Positions 22,857 to 35,662 of a stretch of DNA of 62,740 nucleotides are shown here, one piece after another. How positions within the stretch are numbered: position 1 is the stretch's first letter; every line of letters starts with the position of its first letter. The notes below the pieces were generated by a model. The model did no database searches. It saw only the letters and a program-made list of their open reading frames with translations, and was not told where the DNA came from. The DNA lies in the NCBI RefSeq assembly GCF_001194135.2, contig NC_068989.1, positions 66,399,363-66,462,102 on the forward strand, read 5' to 3'. The stretch comes from Octopus bimaculoides (Eukaryota). Position numbers and translations under genes: made by a program.

Positions 22857-24021
22857 TATATATATATGTTTTCCTGTCTTGTTTTCTGTCTGCCACTACA
22901 TGGTACAAATTTAATTTGTGGTTCGTGGGAAGAGCTATTTTAACGATGCGTCCTGCCCTACTCTTCGAAACGCCTGTTAGAATGGGGGTAGCTGATGAAG
23001 GAAAATGTTCTCTATGTGGCCTGTGTGTGTTCTGTACTCTGGTTATTATTATTATTTTTTTTGTCTACGTTTTGTTTGCAATGTCCTGTACCCTGATATG
23101 CACCTATATATACAGGTAGACATAGGTATGCACACACCTGTACGTATATATGCATATACTCATTTATTATATACATATATATATATATATTGTCATCGTC
23201 ATCATTGTCAGCATCATCATTGTCTCATTATCATCATTGTCATCATCATCATTGTCTCATTATCATCATTGTCATCATCATCATCGTTTTAACATACATT
23301 TTACCATGCTCGTATGAATCGGATGGAATTTGTTGAGGCAGATTTTTGCTACAGCCTGATGCTCTTCCTGTCACCAACCCTCACCTGTTTCCAAGCAAGC
23401 TGATATTTCCCCATAGCCAGACATGTTTCCATGGAAAGTTGAAATCGAAGGACACCACCTGTATTATGGTGATGCTCATTTACAAATATCATGTGATCGA
23501 GCAAAATCACAGTCATGGCAGATACCGGTGTCACACAAATGGCACTCATGACAGTGGCACATAAAAGTATGCATTACACTTTTGGAGTGGTTGGTGTTAG
23601 GAAGGGTATCCAGCCGAAGAAACCATGTCAAATCAAGACTGGAGCCTTCCAGTTTGCCATCCCTAGTCAAACCATCCAACCCATGCCAGCATGGACGTTA
23701 AATGATGATGACGATGATAATGATGATGATGATAATGATGATGACGATGATGATGATGACGACGATGATGATGATGACAAGACAAGCAAATCCTAACACA
23801 CACACACACATATATTTATGGTGGCCTACTTTCAGGTTCTGTTTACTAAATCCACTTACAAGGTTTTAGTCAGCCCAAGGCTATACTAGAAGATACTTTC
23901 CTGAGGTGCCATGCAGTTGGACTGAACCCAAAACCATATGATGGGGGAAAGAGAATTCCTTAACCACACAGCTGCATCTGCATCTCACCTGTATTTTCAT
24001 ATATATTACATAAATTCTGTG

Positions 24022-24283
24022 AAGGTGCATGGCCTAGTGGTTAAGCTGTTGCATTCACAGCTGCTAGATCGTGAGTTCGATTCCCTAACCAGGCATTGTT
24101 CTTGAGCAAAACACCTCATTTCATATTGCTCCAGTTCCCCTTCGATCAGGGAAGGGGATTCGTGGCCTGCTCGCCTAGCCAACAAGGTGGGGGTCATTTG
24201 AAGGCTAAAACAATGCAAAAGTGCATTGTGACCTGTAATATGTAGCAACATGTGGTAGTCTGGTCAGTTACGTGATCACGTGA
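24022..24283 (+). mobile_element. tRNA-derived SINE (distinct family, CORE-like TGTTCTTGAGCAAAACAC)
   Basis: TGGCCTAGTGG A box, GAGTTCGATTCC B box; related minus-strand copy at ~58880-59155. Confidence 0.65.
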
Positions 24284-24369
24284 TTGCATAAATTCTATTG
24301 TGTTAATTTGCATGAATTCCTCTCTATCATAATTGTTGTCATCTTCTGAAAAAATGATTATATAGACTT

Positions 24370-24890
24370 AAGCATGGCTGTGTGGTAAGAAGTTTGCTTC
24401 CCAACTACATTGTTTCAGGTTCAGTCCCACTGTATGGTAATTTAAACAAGAGTCTTCTACTATAGCCTTGGGCTGACCAAAGCTTTGTGAGTAGATTTGG
24501 TAGACAGAAACTGAAAGGAGCTCATCGAGTTGTAGAAACTCTGCCAGATAAGATTGGAGCCTAGTGCAACCATCTGGCTCACCAGTCCCCAGTCAAACCG
24601 TCCAACCCATGCCAGCAGGGAAAGCAGACGTTAAACCATGATGATGATGATGATATGTGTGTGTGTGTGCCTTTGGGTCTGTGTTTGTCTTCCACCACTG
24701 CCTGACAACCAGTGCTGGTGTGTTTAAATCCCTATAACTTAGCAGTTCAGCAAAAGAAACCAATAGAATAAGTACCAAGCTTCAAAAAAAAAATAGTACT
24801 GGGATCAACTCATTTGAGTAAAATTTCTTTAAGCTGGTGCCCCAGCATGGCCACAGAGTCTAATGATTGAAACAAATAAAGGATAAGACT
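24370..24890 (+). mobile_element. Family A/D SINE split by a nested family B fragment
   Basis: A half 24370-24523, B fragment 24525-24655, (TG)n and D half 24655-24890. Confidence 0.7.
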
Positions 24891-26169
24891 TAGTACCAGA
24901 TTTCTCTAGTTTCAGAATCCCATCAGATTGTTCTCTTGCCCACTTCTTTCACTACTCTGCTTTATTCATTCAACCCCCTCACCTCTTCTACAAAAATGAT
25001 TTGATTTTAATGAGATTGCTAAGTTTTATTTTATTATTATCATAGAACCGAACCAATTTTAATAACTCCCTCCTTTATCTATTTCTTTTACTTTTACTTT
25101 CTCTTTGCATTGTCTGTTTTTTTGTTGTTTTTTTCCATAAAGTCTTTTGTCATTAAAGAATCTAACCAATTCAGATAGCTTTCTCACTCATCCACTTGTC
25201 TCTTTCATCCTGCTCCATAAATCTATCCCTTTTTTCGCAAGCATTATTTTAATGAGATTGCTGAAGTCTATTATAGAATCTCACCATTTCATAGAGCTTT
25301 CACTCCCATCTATTTCACCTCACTTTCACTCTGCTATCTACCCATTACTTTTTTGCAAAGATGATTTTAATGAGATCTTTAATGTCTGGTTTTCTAGCCT
25401 CACCAATTACACTTACTTTGCTTCACTGTTACAGGGTATCTAAACAGTATTTTAAGGCCAAAGCATGCCTCATGTCAAGCTTAGACATGGTATCACCCAT
25501 GTCTACCACTGCTTTCTCCTGCTGCTAACATGTTTCTACTATGTTTCCTATTATTTCATAATCACAGGACTCTCTTACTATATAATACTTATAATACTGT
25601 CATTGTCATCATCATCATCATCATCATCATCACCATTGTGTTTTCATTGTTTCTCTTGGATTCAAAGCTTCCATGTTAGGGCTGAAAAAAGAGGATATCT
25701 AGTTGAAGTTTGGGCCACTTATGGTTCTTAAGAGTTTTGTTCTTAAATAGCTGATGTGTACTGTGTTTGTGTTAGTATATATATTTAGATTTAGTAAATG
25801 GAGTAAAACGCATATGTTAAATGAATTCTTTTATTTCCAACATATGTTTCGAAGATTACAAATTATACCTTCCATAGGAATAGGTGATGTTGATAAGAAT
25901 GTAATCTTCTCTTCAGGGAAATGCATGGGAACCAGCTTAACCGTAAGACATTTTAACCGAATGTGATAACTGTAGGTAGAGAAGATTGCTACGTAATTTA
26001 TTTGAAAAAGCCGTTGGAGGTTGGAACGCTACTAGACAAGTACGTTGGACAAGAAGGGAAGCCACACAAAATATTAACAATGTACAGTAACTTCTTGAAA
26101 TGAGCATTATGTTATAAATTTTCATTATACACATTTTTCTGTTTTAAAACACTGTATCTTGGTTGATTT

Positions 26170-26390
26170 ATGTGAGGTGGCCAAAAACTTTTGTACAGCC
26201 ATTTTTGGTGATTGTCTCACATCTTCCCCTCTCATTCAGAACCCCTACTACAGTATATAATGATTAGGTAAGGAAATGACTCCAATGCTTCATCTGTAAA
26301 AAACGCAATGTAAAACATTCACTTATAAGTTGGCAATTAGCAGAAATTTACAATAGTTTAAAGTGACCAAAGACTTTTGCACAGTATTGT
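26170..26390. mobile_element. Tc1-like right end with two direct-repeat motifs
   Basis: GTGGCCAAAAACTTTTGTACAG (~26177) and GTGACCAAAGACTTTTGCACAGTATTG-TA (~26363-26391). Confidence 0.45.
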
Positions 26391-26692
26391 ATATACATAT
26401 ATATATACACACACACAATGGGATTCTCTCAGTTTCCATCTACCAAGTTTTTCTTATAAGGCATTGGTCAGCCCAAAGCTATAGCAGAAGACACTTGCCC
26501 AAGGTGCCTTTCAGTAGGAATTTTGCCATATTTTTTCTTTTAAATTATAGGAAATTTAATGACAACACAACAGTATTATTTTTAACTGATTCAAATTTAC
26601 TTCATTTTCTTTACATTTGACAGTTTTCAAGAGTTCATTTATATCTGAAATGTAGCTTCCAATCTTATATCTGATCTACTTTTTTTTTCCAG

Positions 26693-27391
26693 GATTCTTT
26701 TGATGTACAAAATAATGATAATTCTACCCAAGATGAGAAAACAAAGAATTTAAGTTCCCACAATGATAAAAGAGATAATATATCTTCTGAAACTGAGTCA
26801 CTGTCGGAGTTTCTAAAGCTGAGTAAAAACAAAAAGGGCTTTGATTGGCATTCTTTCTCGTCCAAACCTCTTCAGTCTGAAGAAGATGGCTATGAAAATC
26901 TCGGTCAAGAAGAACATTCATTGAAGACTGATACAGAGCCATTCAGTGAACCCTCTGAAGCAGGGTTTGTTGCTGAGCCTGAGTCTGATATCCTGCTAGT
27001 TAATAAGACTAACTCCCTCTATGAAGAATACTACTCTATACTATCAAACCAGGATGACTCCCGAACTGAAAATCATTTTGTGGACAAACAAATACCATCT
27101 TCTGTTGATACTAAATTACAACTTGAAGCCAAATGTCTTGCTGTAGTAGAAGGACCACATGTGTTACATGAAAAAGAGGAACTAGCAAATTTATCTTCAG
27201 AAAATTACCCTATGTTAAACTTCATCGTGTTATCAGAATTTGAGGAGTTCATCATTAAGTCTTTTAAAAGAAAAACTGCTGATGGCTTAATATTGGTTTT
27301 AAGCATAGAACTTAAAATGAATCTCGTTAAACAATTAGAATGTCAAATACAATTAACATGTGCTCACTTTTTAAAACTTTCTGTTATTGAT
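26693..27391 (+). CDS. AP4E1: AP4E1 large exon (acidic linker into ear domain)
   Basis: poly-T+ccag acceptor, GAT/gtaagt donor; 699 nt with no stops, phase 0-0; contains ORF 26921-27466 of the track. Confidence 0.8.
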
Positions 27392-28430
27392 GTAAGTTTC
27401 TGTTTTCATATTCCTATATTTGTTTTATATGTAAACAAACATTTTATGATTGTTAATCCATTCTAAAGCAGTAGTTTTGTAGGCCCCATGACAAGGAGTA
27501 TTCAGCATGATTCCCTTTTCATGCATATGTTTTATGACCTAATGCCATAAAACATATAGCCCTTTTGGCTGAAAATGACATACAAAGATATCATGTACAT
27601 ATTCTGCAACTGAGACACATACAGTGTATTACATATAGACATATATTACAATTGTACTTAATTAGATATCTTTCAAAGTTTTAAAATTTCCTTATCCTTA
27701 TCTGTGCAGAGAAAAACAGAACTACTGTTGATTTCAACATCATCACCATTATCATTTTAATGTCCATTTTCTTTTCCATGTGTGCATGGATCAGACAGAA
27801 TTTATTGTGACAGATGTCCTTTCTGCACCTTGATGCCCTTCCTGTCATCAACCCTTACCTGCTTTCAAAGTAATATTTCCTTTTTGTAATAGTGTGTCTC
27901 GAAGCACACTAAAGCCGCTGTTTATAGTTTTATGTGTGTATTTCAAGATACACTATTTCAAAACAGAATTCTTTCACATTTTCTCAAAGGTTTATTGCAA
28001 AAAAAAAAAATATTCTTATGATGCCAACAGAGGAATATTTCACACATGCCAGACATATTTTCATGGAAGATTGGAAACAAATGACACCACTTGTATTACA
28101 GTGATGCTTATTTACAACTATCATGCAATTTCATGAAAGAAGACACAAATAATCCCCCACACATACACATATAAATATTCATGTGTGTGTGTATGATACA
28201 CTTCATTAGTTTCCATTTTCTAAATTCACTTACAAGACATTGGTTGGTCCAGGGCTATTGTGGAAGACACTTGCCCACAGTGTCAGTCAATGAGACTGAA
28301 CCTAAAACTATACACTTGTAAAGCAAACTTATTAACTACGCAACCAGTTCTAGTTCTTAAACAGTGTACAATATCTAATGCATATTCTTGTTTCATTTTG
28401 TGTTTGTCCTATTTACTGTTCTTTCAAGAT

Positions 28431-28461
<31 letters not shown>

Positions 28462-28502
28462 GCTGCTACTATTATTATTATTATATTGTTGTTGTCATTT
28501 AG

Positions 28503-28726
28503 GATGCCTCTGGAGTATGGTCAAGCACTGAAACATCTGATATTTGTGGCACCATTCCTGTAACATCTTCAAATAATCCTCTTTATATCACAATCAAACT
28601 TAAACCTTTAGAAATGAGTGAAGAACAACTGTCTTTTGCTGGAAACTTGCAATTAAAACAAGAAAACTCAGTGAAAATGTTTGAGAAGCATTTTCCGTTT
28701 GATCTAACATGGATTGATTTCTGCAA
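28503..28726 (+). CDS. AP4E1: AP4E1 exon (appendage domain)
   Basis: catttag/gtacgt, 224 nt. Ends FPFDLTWIDFC vs human FSVNLSLLDFI. Confidence 0.82.
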
Positions 28727-29144
28727 GTACGTTAAACATTTCATTTCTTCTTCTTCTACTTCTTCTACTACTACTACTACTACTACTACTACTGCTACTT
28801 CTTTTTCTTCTTCTTCTTCTTTGTTGTTGCTCATTCTTTTAAGACAGTGAGTATAATTTGAGGGAGATTTGGCTGCTATTTTTAGCACCTTGAACAACCA
28901 CATACAAGCTCTATCCCTTGTTGATTCCTCTCTGCTGTAAACACCAAGCTCCACAGATTACTGAACCATGTAAAGATGACTCAAAATGGTCAGTGTAATC
29001 ATCCTGCCAAAAATACCAGCCAAATCTCTACTACCTTCAGAAAAGAAGGGTCACAGTGAATATGATAGCCTGGAATAGATTATTTTTATCAAAAATATTC
29101 ATAGATGGTCATGTTTTTTGGGTTTTTATTCTTTTAAGTATTTC

Positions 29145-29439
29145 TGGATGCAGACATGGCTTTGTGGTTAAGTAGCATTCTTTGCAACCATATGGTTTCA
29201 GATTCTGTCCCATTGCATGGCACCATGGGCATGTGTCTTCTGCTACATCTGCAACTCAGCCATGCCTTGTGAGTGACTTTGGTAGACAGAATCTCTTTGT
29301 GTGTGTTTCAACAACTTGTGTTGGTTTGTCCCATTGCGTGGCACCTTGGGCAAGTGTCTTCTACTATAACCGTGGGCCAACCAAAACCTTGTGAGTGGAT
29401 TTGGTAGACAGAGACTGAAAAAAAGTCTGTCATATATGT

Positions 29440-29471
<32 letters not shown>

Positions 29472-29850
29472 TTCTGTCTGTGTTTGTCCCACCACCACTG
29501 CTTGACAATTGGCGTTGGTGTGCTTACGTTCTTGTAACTTAGTGGTTCGGTAAAAGAGACTGATAGAATAAGTGCTAGGCTTAAAATAAAAACTGATGTT
29601 GAGTCATTGAACTAAACATTTTTCAAAGCAGTGCCATGACATAGCCACAGCCTATTGACTGAAAAAAGTAAAAGTTAAAAAGATAAAGATCCCTGTAACT
29701 TAGTGGTTTGGTCAAAGAGACTGATAGAATAAGTACCAAACTGTAAAAAGAAGACATTGGATTCAATTTCTTCAACTATAGCCTTCAATGTTGTGTCCCA
29801 GCATGGCTACAGCCTAATGACTGAAACAAGTAAAAGACAAAAGTAAGATT
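29145..29850 (+). mobile_element. Family A/D SINE array with internal duplications
   Basis: Two A heads, a (TG)n centre and two D tails (GACTGATAGAATAAGT repeated at ~29558 and ~29718). Confidence 0.65.
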
Positions 29851-30390
29851 TTGGTTTGTAAGAAAGGACTGTGCCCGTGATATTTGCAGGTGCTCAAAAA
29901 TCATTTTGAGATCGACACAGTTGATTCAGTGGAGCCAATGTTATGAGGAGAAAGGATTGCAGAAATGGTTAGTGAGAAGACTGGATAATGCCAACATGGA
30001 AAAGTCAGGGCCTCTCCTTAGCTCATCAACTTTGCTGTGGTTGTTTAGCCTTCACTGATCAGAGCTATGATCAAATATCTTCCAGTCGTAGCCATCCCCT
30101 TTTATTGCCCTTTGGGTATTGTCTGTCTAAGAATACATTATCCAATATAATCTCTACCATCTCCCTTTTTCTAAGACACCAAAATACAATTTGAGGAAGA
30201 TCTGGATGTGATTTCTAAAAGGTCTAACAGCCACATTGAGATGGGTTAAACAACTTGTTTGATTTTTTTAAAAAAAGGAGCCCTAAATATATTAGTTTAC
30301 ATGTAGGGGCCAGAAACTTTTTAATGTTATTGTTTGTTTCTTTGTTTTCTATTACCTGTGCATTTCTGAATATGGTTATACTATTTCCAG

Positions 30391-30548
30391 TGGCTGTTCT
30401 ATAGACATTGCACAGTTTGCTGATGCCTGGCAACAGTTCTCTCACATGGAGAAGATTTCTTTGGTGCTACCTCCAAATACAACATCCTTTGACTCTTATA
30501 TCGACCAACTTCAGTTGCTTCTACCAGCCAAATGTATCTTTGGAAAAG
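30391..30548 (+). CDS. AP4E1: AP4E1 penultimate exon (C-terminal platform)
   Basis: tttccag/gtgagc, 158 nt. GCSIDIAQFADAWQQFSHMEKI vs human PLKISSDDFGKLWLSFANDVKQ. Confidence 0.88.
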
Positions 30549-31185
30549 GTGAGCAAAAAAAAGCAAGATCCTATGTATTGTTTCTTTATAACTGCTGTTT
30601 TATTTCACACTCACACAAAAGCCATATCGTCCACAAGTATTGGGCAAACATTTCTGATTCATTTGATATATATATATATANNNNNNNNNNNNNNNNNNNN
30701 NNNNNNNNNNNNNNNNNNNNNNNNNNNNNNNNNNNNNNNNNNNNNNNNNNNNNNNNNNNNNNNNNNNNNNNNNNNNNNNNNNNNNNNNNNNNNNNNNNNN
30801 NNNNNNNNNNNNNNNNNNNNNNNNNNNNNNNNNNNNNNNNNNNNNNNNNNNNNNNNNNNNNNNNNNNNNNNNNNNNNNNNNNNNNNNNNNNNNNNNNNNN
30901 NNNNNNNNNNNNNNNNNNNNNNNNNNNNNNNNNNNNNNNNNNNNNNNNNNNNNNNNNNNNNNNNNNNNNNNNNNNNNNNNNNNNNNNNNNNNNNNNNNNN
31001 NNNNNNNNNNNNNNNNNNNNNNNNNNNNNNNNNNNNNNNNNNNNNNNNNNNNNNNNNNNNNNNNNNNNNNNNNNNNNNNNNNNNNNNNNNNNNNNNNNNN
31101 NNNNNNNNNNNNNNNNNNNNNNNNNNNNNNNNNNNNNNNNNNNNNNNNNNNNNNNNNNNNNNNNNNNNNNNNNNNNNNNNNNNNN

Positions 31186-32135
31186 NGTTTCTACTCCTAC
31201 TGGTGACAAAGGGCCTCTCGCTCAGAGTGAACAGCAGTTTGTGCGAACTGCCATGCTTCATGGTAGTGAGACATGGGCCGTGACTGCTGAAGACATGCGT
31301 AGGCTCGAAAGAAATGAAGCTAGCATAATCCGCTGGATGTGTAATGTCAGTGTGCACACGTGACAGAGTGTAAGCGCCCTGAGAGAAATGTTGGACATAA
31401 GAAGAATCAGATGTGGCATGCAAGAGAGACGTTTGCATTGGTATGGTCATGTATTATAGATGGATGAGGAGAGCTGTGTGAAGAAGTACCACTCCCAAAC
31501 AGTGGAAGGAATCCGGGGTAGAGGGAGACCCAAGAAGACATGGGTTGAGGTGGTGAAGCATGACCTTCAAACATTGGGCCCCACAGAGGTAATAACGAAA
31601 AACTGAGACCTCTAGAGATATACTGTAACTGAAAAGACCTGGCAAATAAAGTGAGTTCACAGCTGTAACCTACACCAGTGTCACATAACCAGCCCACTCA
31701 AAAAGCACCTTGGATCAGAGAGAGACATGCCGTGCTTGAGGAGACCTATTGAGTCAAGTGCATCAAAATCAAAATAAAATCAAATCACAATCAAATAGAA
31801 ATTGTAGTTGTGGTCCCCATGCCGGTGGCACATAAATGACACCATCCAAACATGGCTGATGCCAATGCCGCTTTAACTAGCTCCCGTGCCGGTGGCACGT
31901 AAAAAGCACAATCCGATCATGGTCGATGCCAGCCCCCTCTGGCCCCTGTGCCGGTGGCATGTAAAAAAAGCACCCACTACACTCTCAGAGTGGTTGGTGT
32001 TAGGCAGGGCATCCAGCTGTAGAAACACTGCCAGATCAGACTAGAGCCTGGTGTAGCCTCCTGGCTTTCCAGACCCTAGTCGAACCATCCAACCTATGCC
32101 AGCATGGAAAACGGACGTTAAACAATGATGATGAT
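31186..32135 (+). mobile_element. RTE LINE 3' portion: ORF end, 3' UTR and family B tail
   Basis: RTAMLHGSETWAVTAEDMRRLERNEASIIRWMCNV (RTE YGxETW motif) runs through GRPKKTW into the family B sequence and (GAT)n. Confidence 0.85.
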
Positions 32136-32988
32136 ATATACACACACGCACACATATATATATGTACATACATACATTATCATCATCATCATTTAATATC
32201 TGTTTTCAATGTTGGCATGAGTTAGATGGTGAGCTGGTAAACTGGAGGGCTGCACCAGGCTCCATTCTGTTTTGGCTTGGCTTCTATGGTTAGTTGCCCT
32301 TCATAATGCCAACCACTTTACTGTGTATATCAGGTGTTTTTTACATGTCACCAGCATGGATGCCTCTTATGTGTCACCGGCACAGGTGCCTCTAATGTGT
32401 CACTGGCATTGGCAACGACTATGATACACTTGGCTACTTGGCTTGACATGTCTTCTCCAGAACAGCAAATATCCAAAAATTTCAGTCACTTGGATGAGGT
32501 TCAACAACTAAAGATCATATTTCACCACCACATCCCATGTCTTCCTGGGTCTACCCCTTCTGAAAGAAACCTCTGTGTGTGTGTATATATATAAATGTGT
32601 GTGTGTATATATAAATGTGTGTGTGTATATATAAATGTGTGTGTGTCTGTCTGTGTTTGTCTCCTTGACAGTTGATGCCTACATCTTCATAACTTAGCAG
32701 TTCAGCAAAAGAGACCATTAGAATAAGTACCAGGCTTTAAAAAATATAAGTACTGGCATCAATTCATTTGAGTAAAACACTTCAAGGCATGGCTGCAGTC
32801 CAATGACTGAAACAAGTAAACAATAAAGGATCTAAGATAAACAATCGCTCTGCTGGTCAGCTGTTAATCTGGGACTTAGTAACAAGAATCTCCTACTGAT
32901 CCTAATTTCCACTAAAACTATAATCTCTATAATTTTTTTTCTTCACTCACACATATAAATGTTATTAACTTTTTTTTTTTTTTTTCAG

Positions 32989-33152
32989 AAAATGAAGCCC
33001 TGCTGTGTGGTCAATGTTTGGATTTCTGCACCTATTTAATCCACATTAAGCTGCTTAACGTTGAATCTACACTAACAATACTGCTCAAATCAGGCAACAG
33101 AACTTTGTTAAGTTGTCTACAGTCTTGTCTTCTGAGACACCATATGCTGTGA
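32989..33152 (+). CDS. AP4E1: AP4E1 terminal coding exon
   Basis: poly-T+cag acceptor. NEALLCGQCLDFCTYLIHIKLL...LLRHHML* (TGA 33150-33152) vs human NEGLLACQLLPSIPCLLHCRV. Confidence 0.9.
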
Positions 33153-33211
33153 TACTGTGACATTCACTTTCCATTCAGGAAGGACACGAATCTATTTTTT
33201 GCCTCTTTATA

Positions 33212-33221
33212 AATAAATAAA
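33212..33221 (+). terminator. Candidate polyadenylation signals (two overlapping AATAAA)
   Basis: AATAAATAAA about 60 nt after the stop codon. Weak evidence in AT-rich DNA. Confidence 0.45.
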
Positions 33222-33949
33222 AACAATGTAAATTAACTACATTTCGTATTGTGTTGTTTTATGTATGTTTTCTGTATGAATCTAGTACCTTGACTGGACA
33301 TTGCAGGCTGAACTTTGTACAGGGTGACCCAAAAGCCACGCTGCAATTAACAATTAACTTTTTTCATACTAATGCTCAGGAGGCCACCCTTGGTTCAATG
33401 TTATAAATTTTCTGTTTTAAAATAATCTGCACAAAAGCCTTTTATCCAAATTTCATTTTAATTTCATGTTCCAAATACTAGCGTAATAATGACAAAGTTA
33501 CATTTATTAATTTGTTTTGTAAGATTCCTGATGTGAAATCATGTGTTGAAACAGATGTTGTTGTATTTCGGGTTAGTCATTAATTTTTTAGGACTTTCTT
33601 TTTATTACCAAACAAACACATACGTTATATATTCATTCTTCACTCATTTATTATTGTATTTATTTTACCGTATGTCCAGAAATCTTTCGTCATACATCTG
33701 TGACCTCTTCAGCAACCCTTTCCATCCATATGCATCCTCCTGCTCTGCCTAGTCCATTCTGACAAATTTAATTCACTAAATTCTTTATTATTTTCAAAAT
33801 TAATTGAAACACTGCAGACTATTTCAATGTAGATAAGGTAAGAAAAGGGTTAAATTGATTATCTATGTGTTAAATGATAAGGCAACCTTTTGGTCACCTG
33901 ATATGTATTCATGTATGCGTGTATATATTATATATATATATATACTGGC

Positions 33950-34570
33950 ACCCATGCCAACCTCTCCTTCATTGGACACTAAACTCTGCTTGCGAAGACC
34001 TGTTGGGGCAAGTGAAATCGTAATTTGACCATACTCGATGACTGGTCACCACGCCGGTGGAGCACTAACAGACTAACACCACTGTCAAACATATTCATTG
34101 CCAGAGCAACTGTCTGGCTTCCGTGCTAGTGGCCCGTAAATAGCACCATTTGAGCGTAATCGTTACCAGCGTTGCCTTCTAGCACTTGTGCTGGTGGCAC
34201 GTAAAAGCACCCACTACACTCTTGGAGTGGTTGACATTAGGAAGGGCATCTAGCTGTAGAAACTCTACCAGATCAGATTGGAGCCTGGTGCAGCCTTCTG
34301 GCTTGCCAGTCCTCAGTTAAATCGTCCAACCCATGCTAGCATGGGTTGGACGTTAAACGATGATGATGATGATACACACACATCATCATCATTTAATATC
34401 CTTTTTTCCATGCTGGCATGATTTGAATGGTTTGGCAAGAATAGACAAGCCAGAGAGTTCCATCATGTCCTATGTCATTTTGGGGGCGGCTTCTACAACT
34501 GGATGTCCTTTCTAGCGCCGACCACTTTACAAAGTGCACTGGGCACGTTCTATGTGGCACCAGCACCGGT
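33950..34570. mobile_element. Family B copy (+) followed by an inverted family B-like copy
   Basis: GACGTTAAACGATGATG-ACACACA-CATCATCATTTAATATCC junction at 34339-34400. Confidence 0.7.
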
Positions 34571-34959
34571 AAGGTTTCCAAGTACCTGCAGGATAGGACC
34601 CAATTGAACAGGATATAGACTAGATGAATAGGTATATCTATATGTATTATCATTATTTAATGTCCATGTTCTTAGCATGAATAGAATGGTTGTCAGGATC
34701 CAAGAATCTAAAACTGCATTATGCTACAATGTCTGCTTTGGAATAGTTTCTGCAGCTGGATGCTCTTCCCAATGCTAAAACACTGGGTTCGTTTTTCATG
34801 GTATCAGCACTAATGAGGTCACCGTGCAACTTGTAAGACTAAGATCCCTTTTGACTAAATGAAGCTGCAGTAGGGAGGGAAGTGGCACTATGTTATAAGA
34901 TAAGAGGATATGAGTATGAGAGGAGGGGCCAGAATAGAAAAGGGTTTAACTGTAGAGGA

Positions 34960-35200
34960 GCTACATGAATACTCACATTATAGAAGAGAGAGTGGGAGTG
35001 ACCAAGGTAGAATTACAACACACACACATTTATGAGGGAAGTTATGGAAGAGGGAGACTCAAGAACACAAGGGACGAAGTATTGAAGGCTGATCTCAAAA
35101 CACTGACCCTCATGAAAGAGACGGCAGAGGACAGAGATATGTGGTGCATTGCTGTACTCAAGAAGGCCCGCCCAGCGCAACAGAATTGAGCTCCCAAAAC
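34960..35200 (+). mobile_element. RTE LINE extreme 3' ORF remnant
   Basis: YGRGRLKNTRDEVLKADLKTLTLMKETAEDRDMW. Confidence 0.7.
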
Positions 35201-35469
35201 CAAGGTACCACGTAAAAAGCATTGGTGTTGGATAGAAAACAAATTAATGATAATTTGTAACCTTCATTGAGGTTCTTTCAATAACTATATTCTTTTATTT
35301 TACATTTTGAAATTAATATTTATGAATACTTTATTTATTGAATATAAATTTATTAGCAGAAATACGAAATTATAAAATTATTGAAACAAATATAATAAAG
35401 AATATGAAATGTTCATAGTTTTTTTTCTGCCATTGTTTCAATTAGATAGATAGAAATATATATGCATAT

Positions 35470-35625
35470 ATATATACAACGGGCTGCTTCTTTCAGTTTC
35501 GTCTACCAAATCCACTCACAAGGCTTTGGTCGGCCCGAGGCTGTAGTAGAAGAGACTTGCCCAAGGTGCCATGCTGTGGGACTGCACCATGTGGTTGGTA
35601 AGCAGACTACTTAACACACACACAC
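35470..35625 (-). mobile_element. Family A SINE copy
   Basis: Reverse complement TTCAGTTTCGTCTACCAAATCCACTCACAAGGCTTTGGTCGGCCCGAGG. Confidence 0.75.
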
Positions 35626-35662
35626 ACATATATATTTATATATGTGTGTATATACATATATA

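Noticed and set aside
22955-23010. GAAAC (22967) and CTGATGA (22992) in type II hammerhead order
   Set aside because: There is no UH cleavage triplet after helix III, and stem II pairing is too weak.
25000-25380. Three copies of (GA)TTTTAATGAGAT, considered as a CRISPR-like or regulatory array
   Set aside because: Short, irregularly spaced AT-rich motif in eukaryotic repeat DNA; no array structure.
25917-25975. Exon-like segment with cttcag and gtaga flanks between AP4E1 exons
   Set aside because: It has stops in all three frames, and the neighbouring exons already join in phase.
29890-30060. Possible alternative exon after tatttgcag (open ~56 codons in the required phase)
   Set aside because: Weak polypyrimidine tract, no AP4E1 similarity, overlaps a repeat; 30391-30548 fits the homology.
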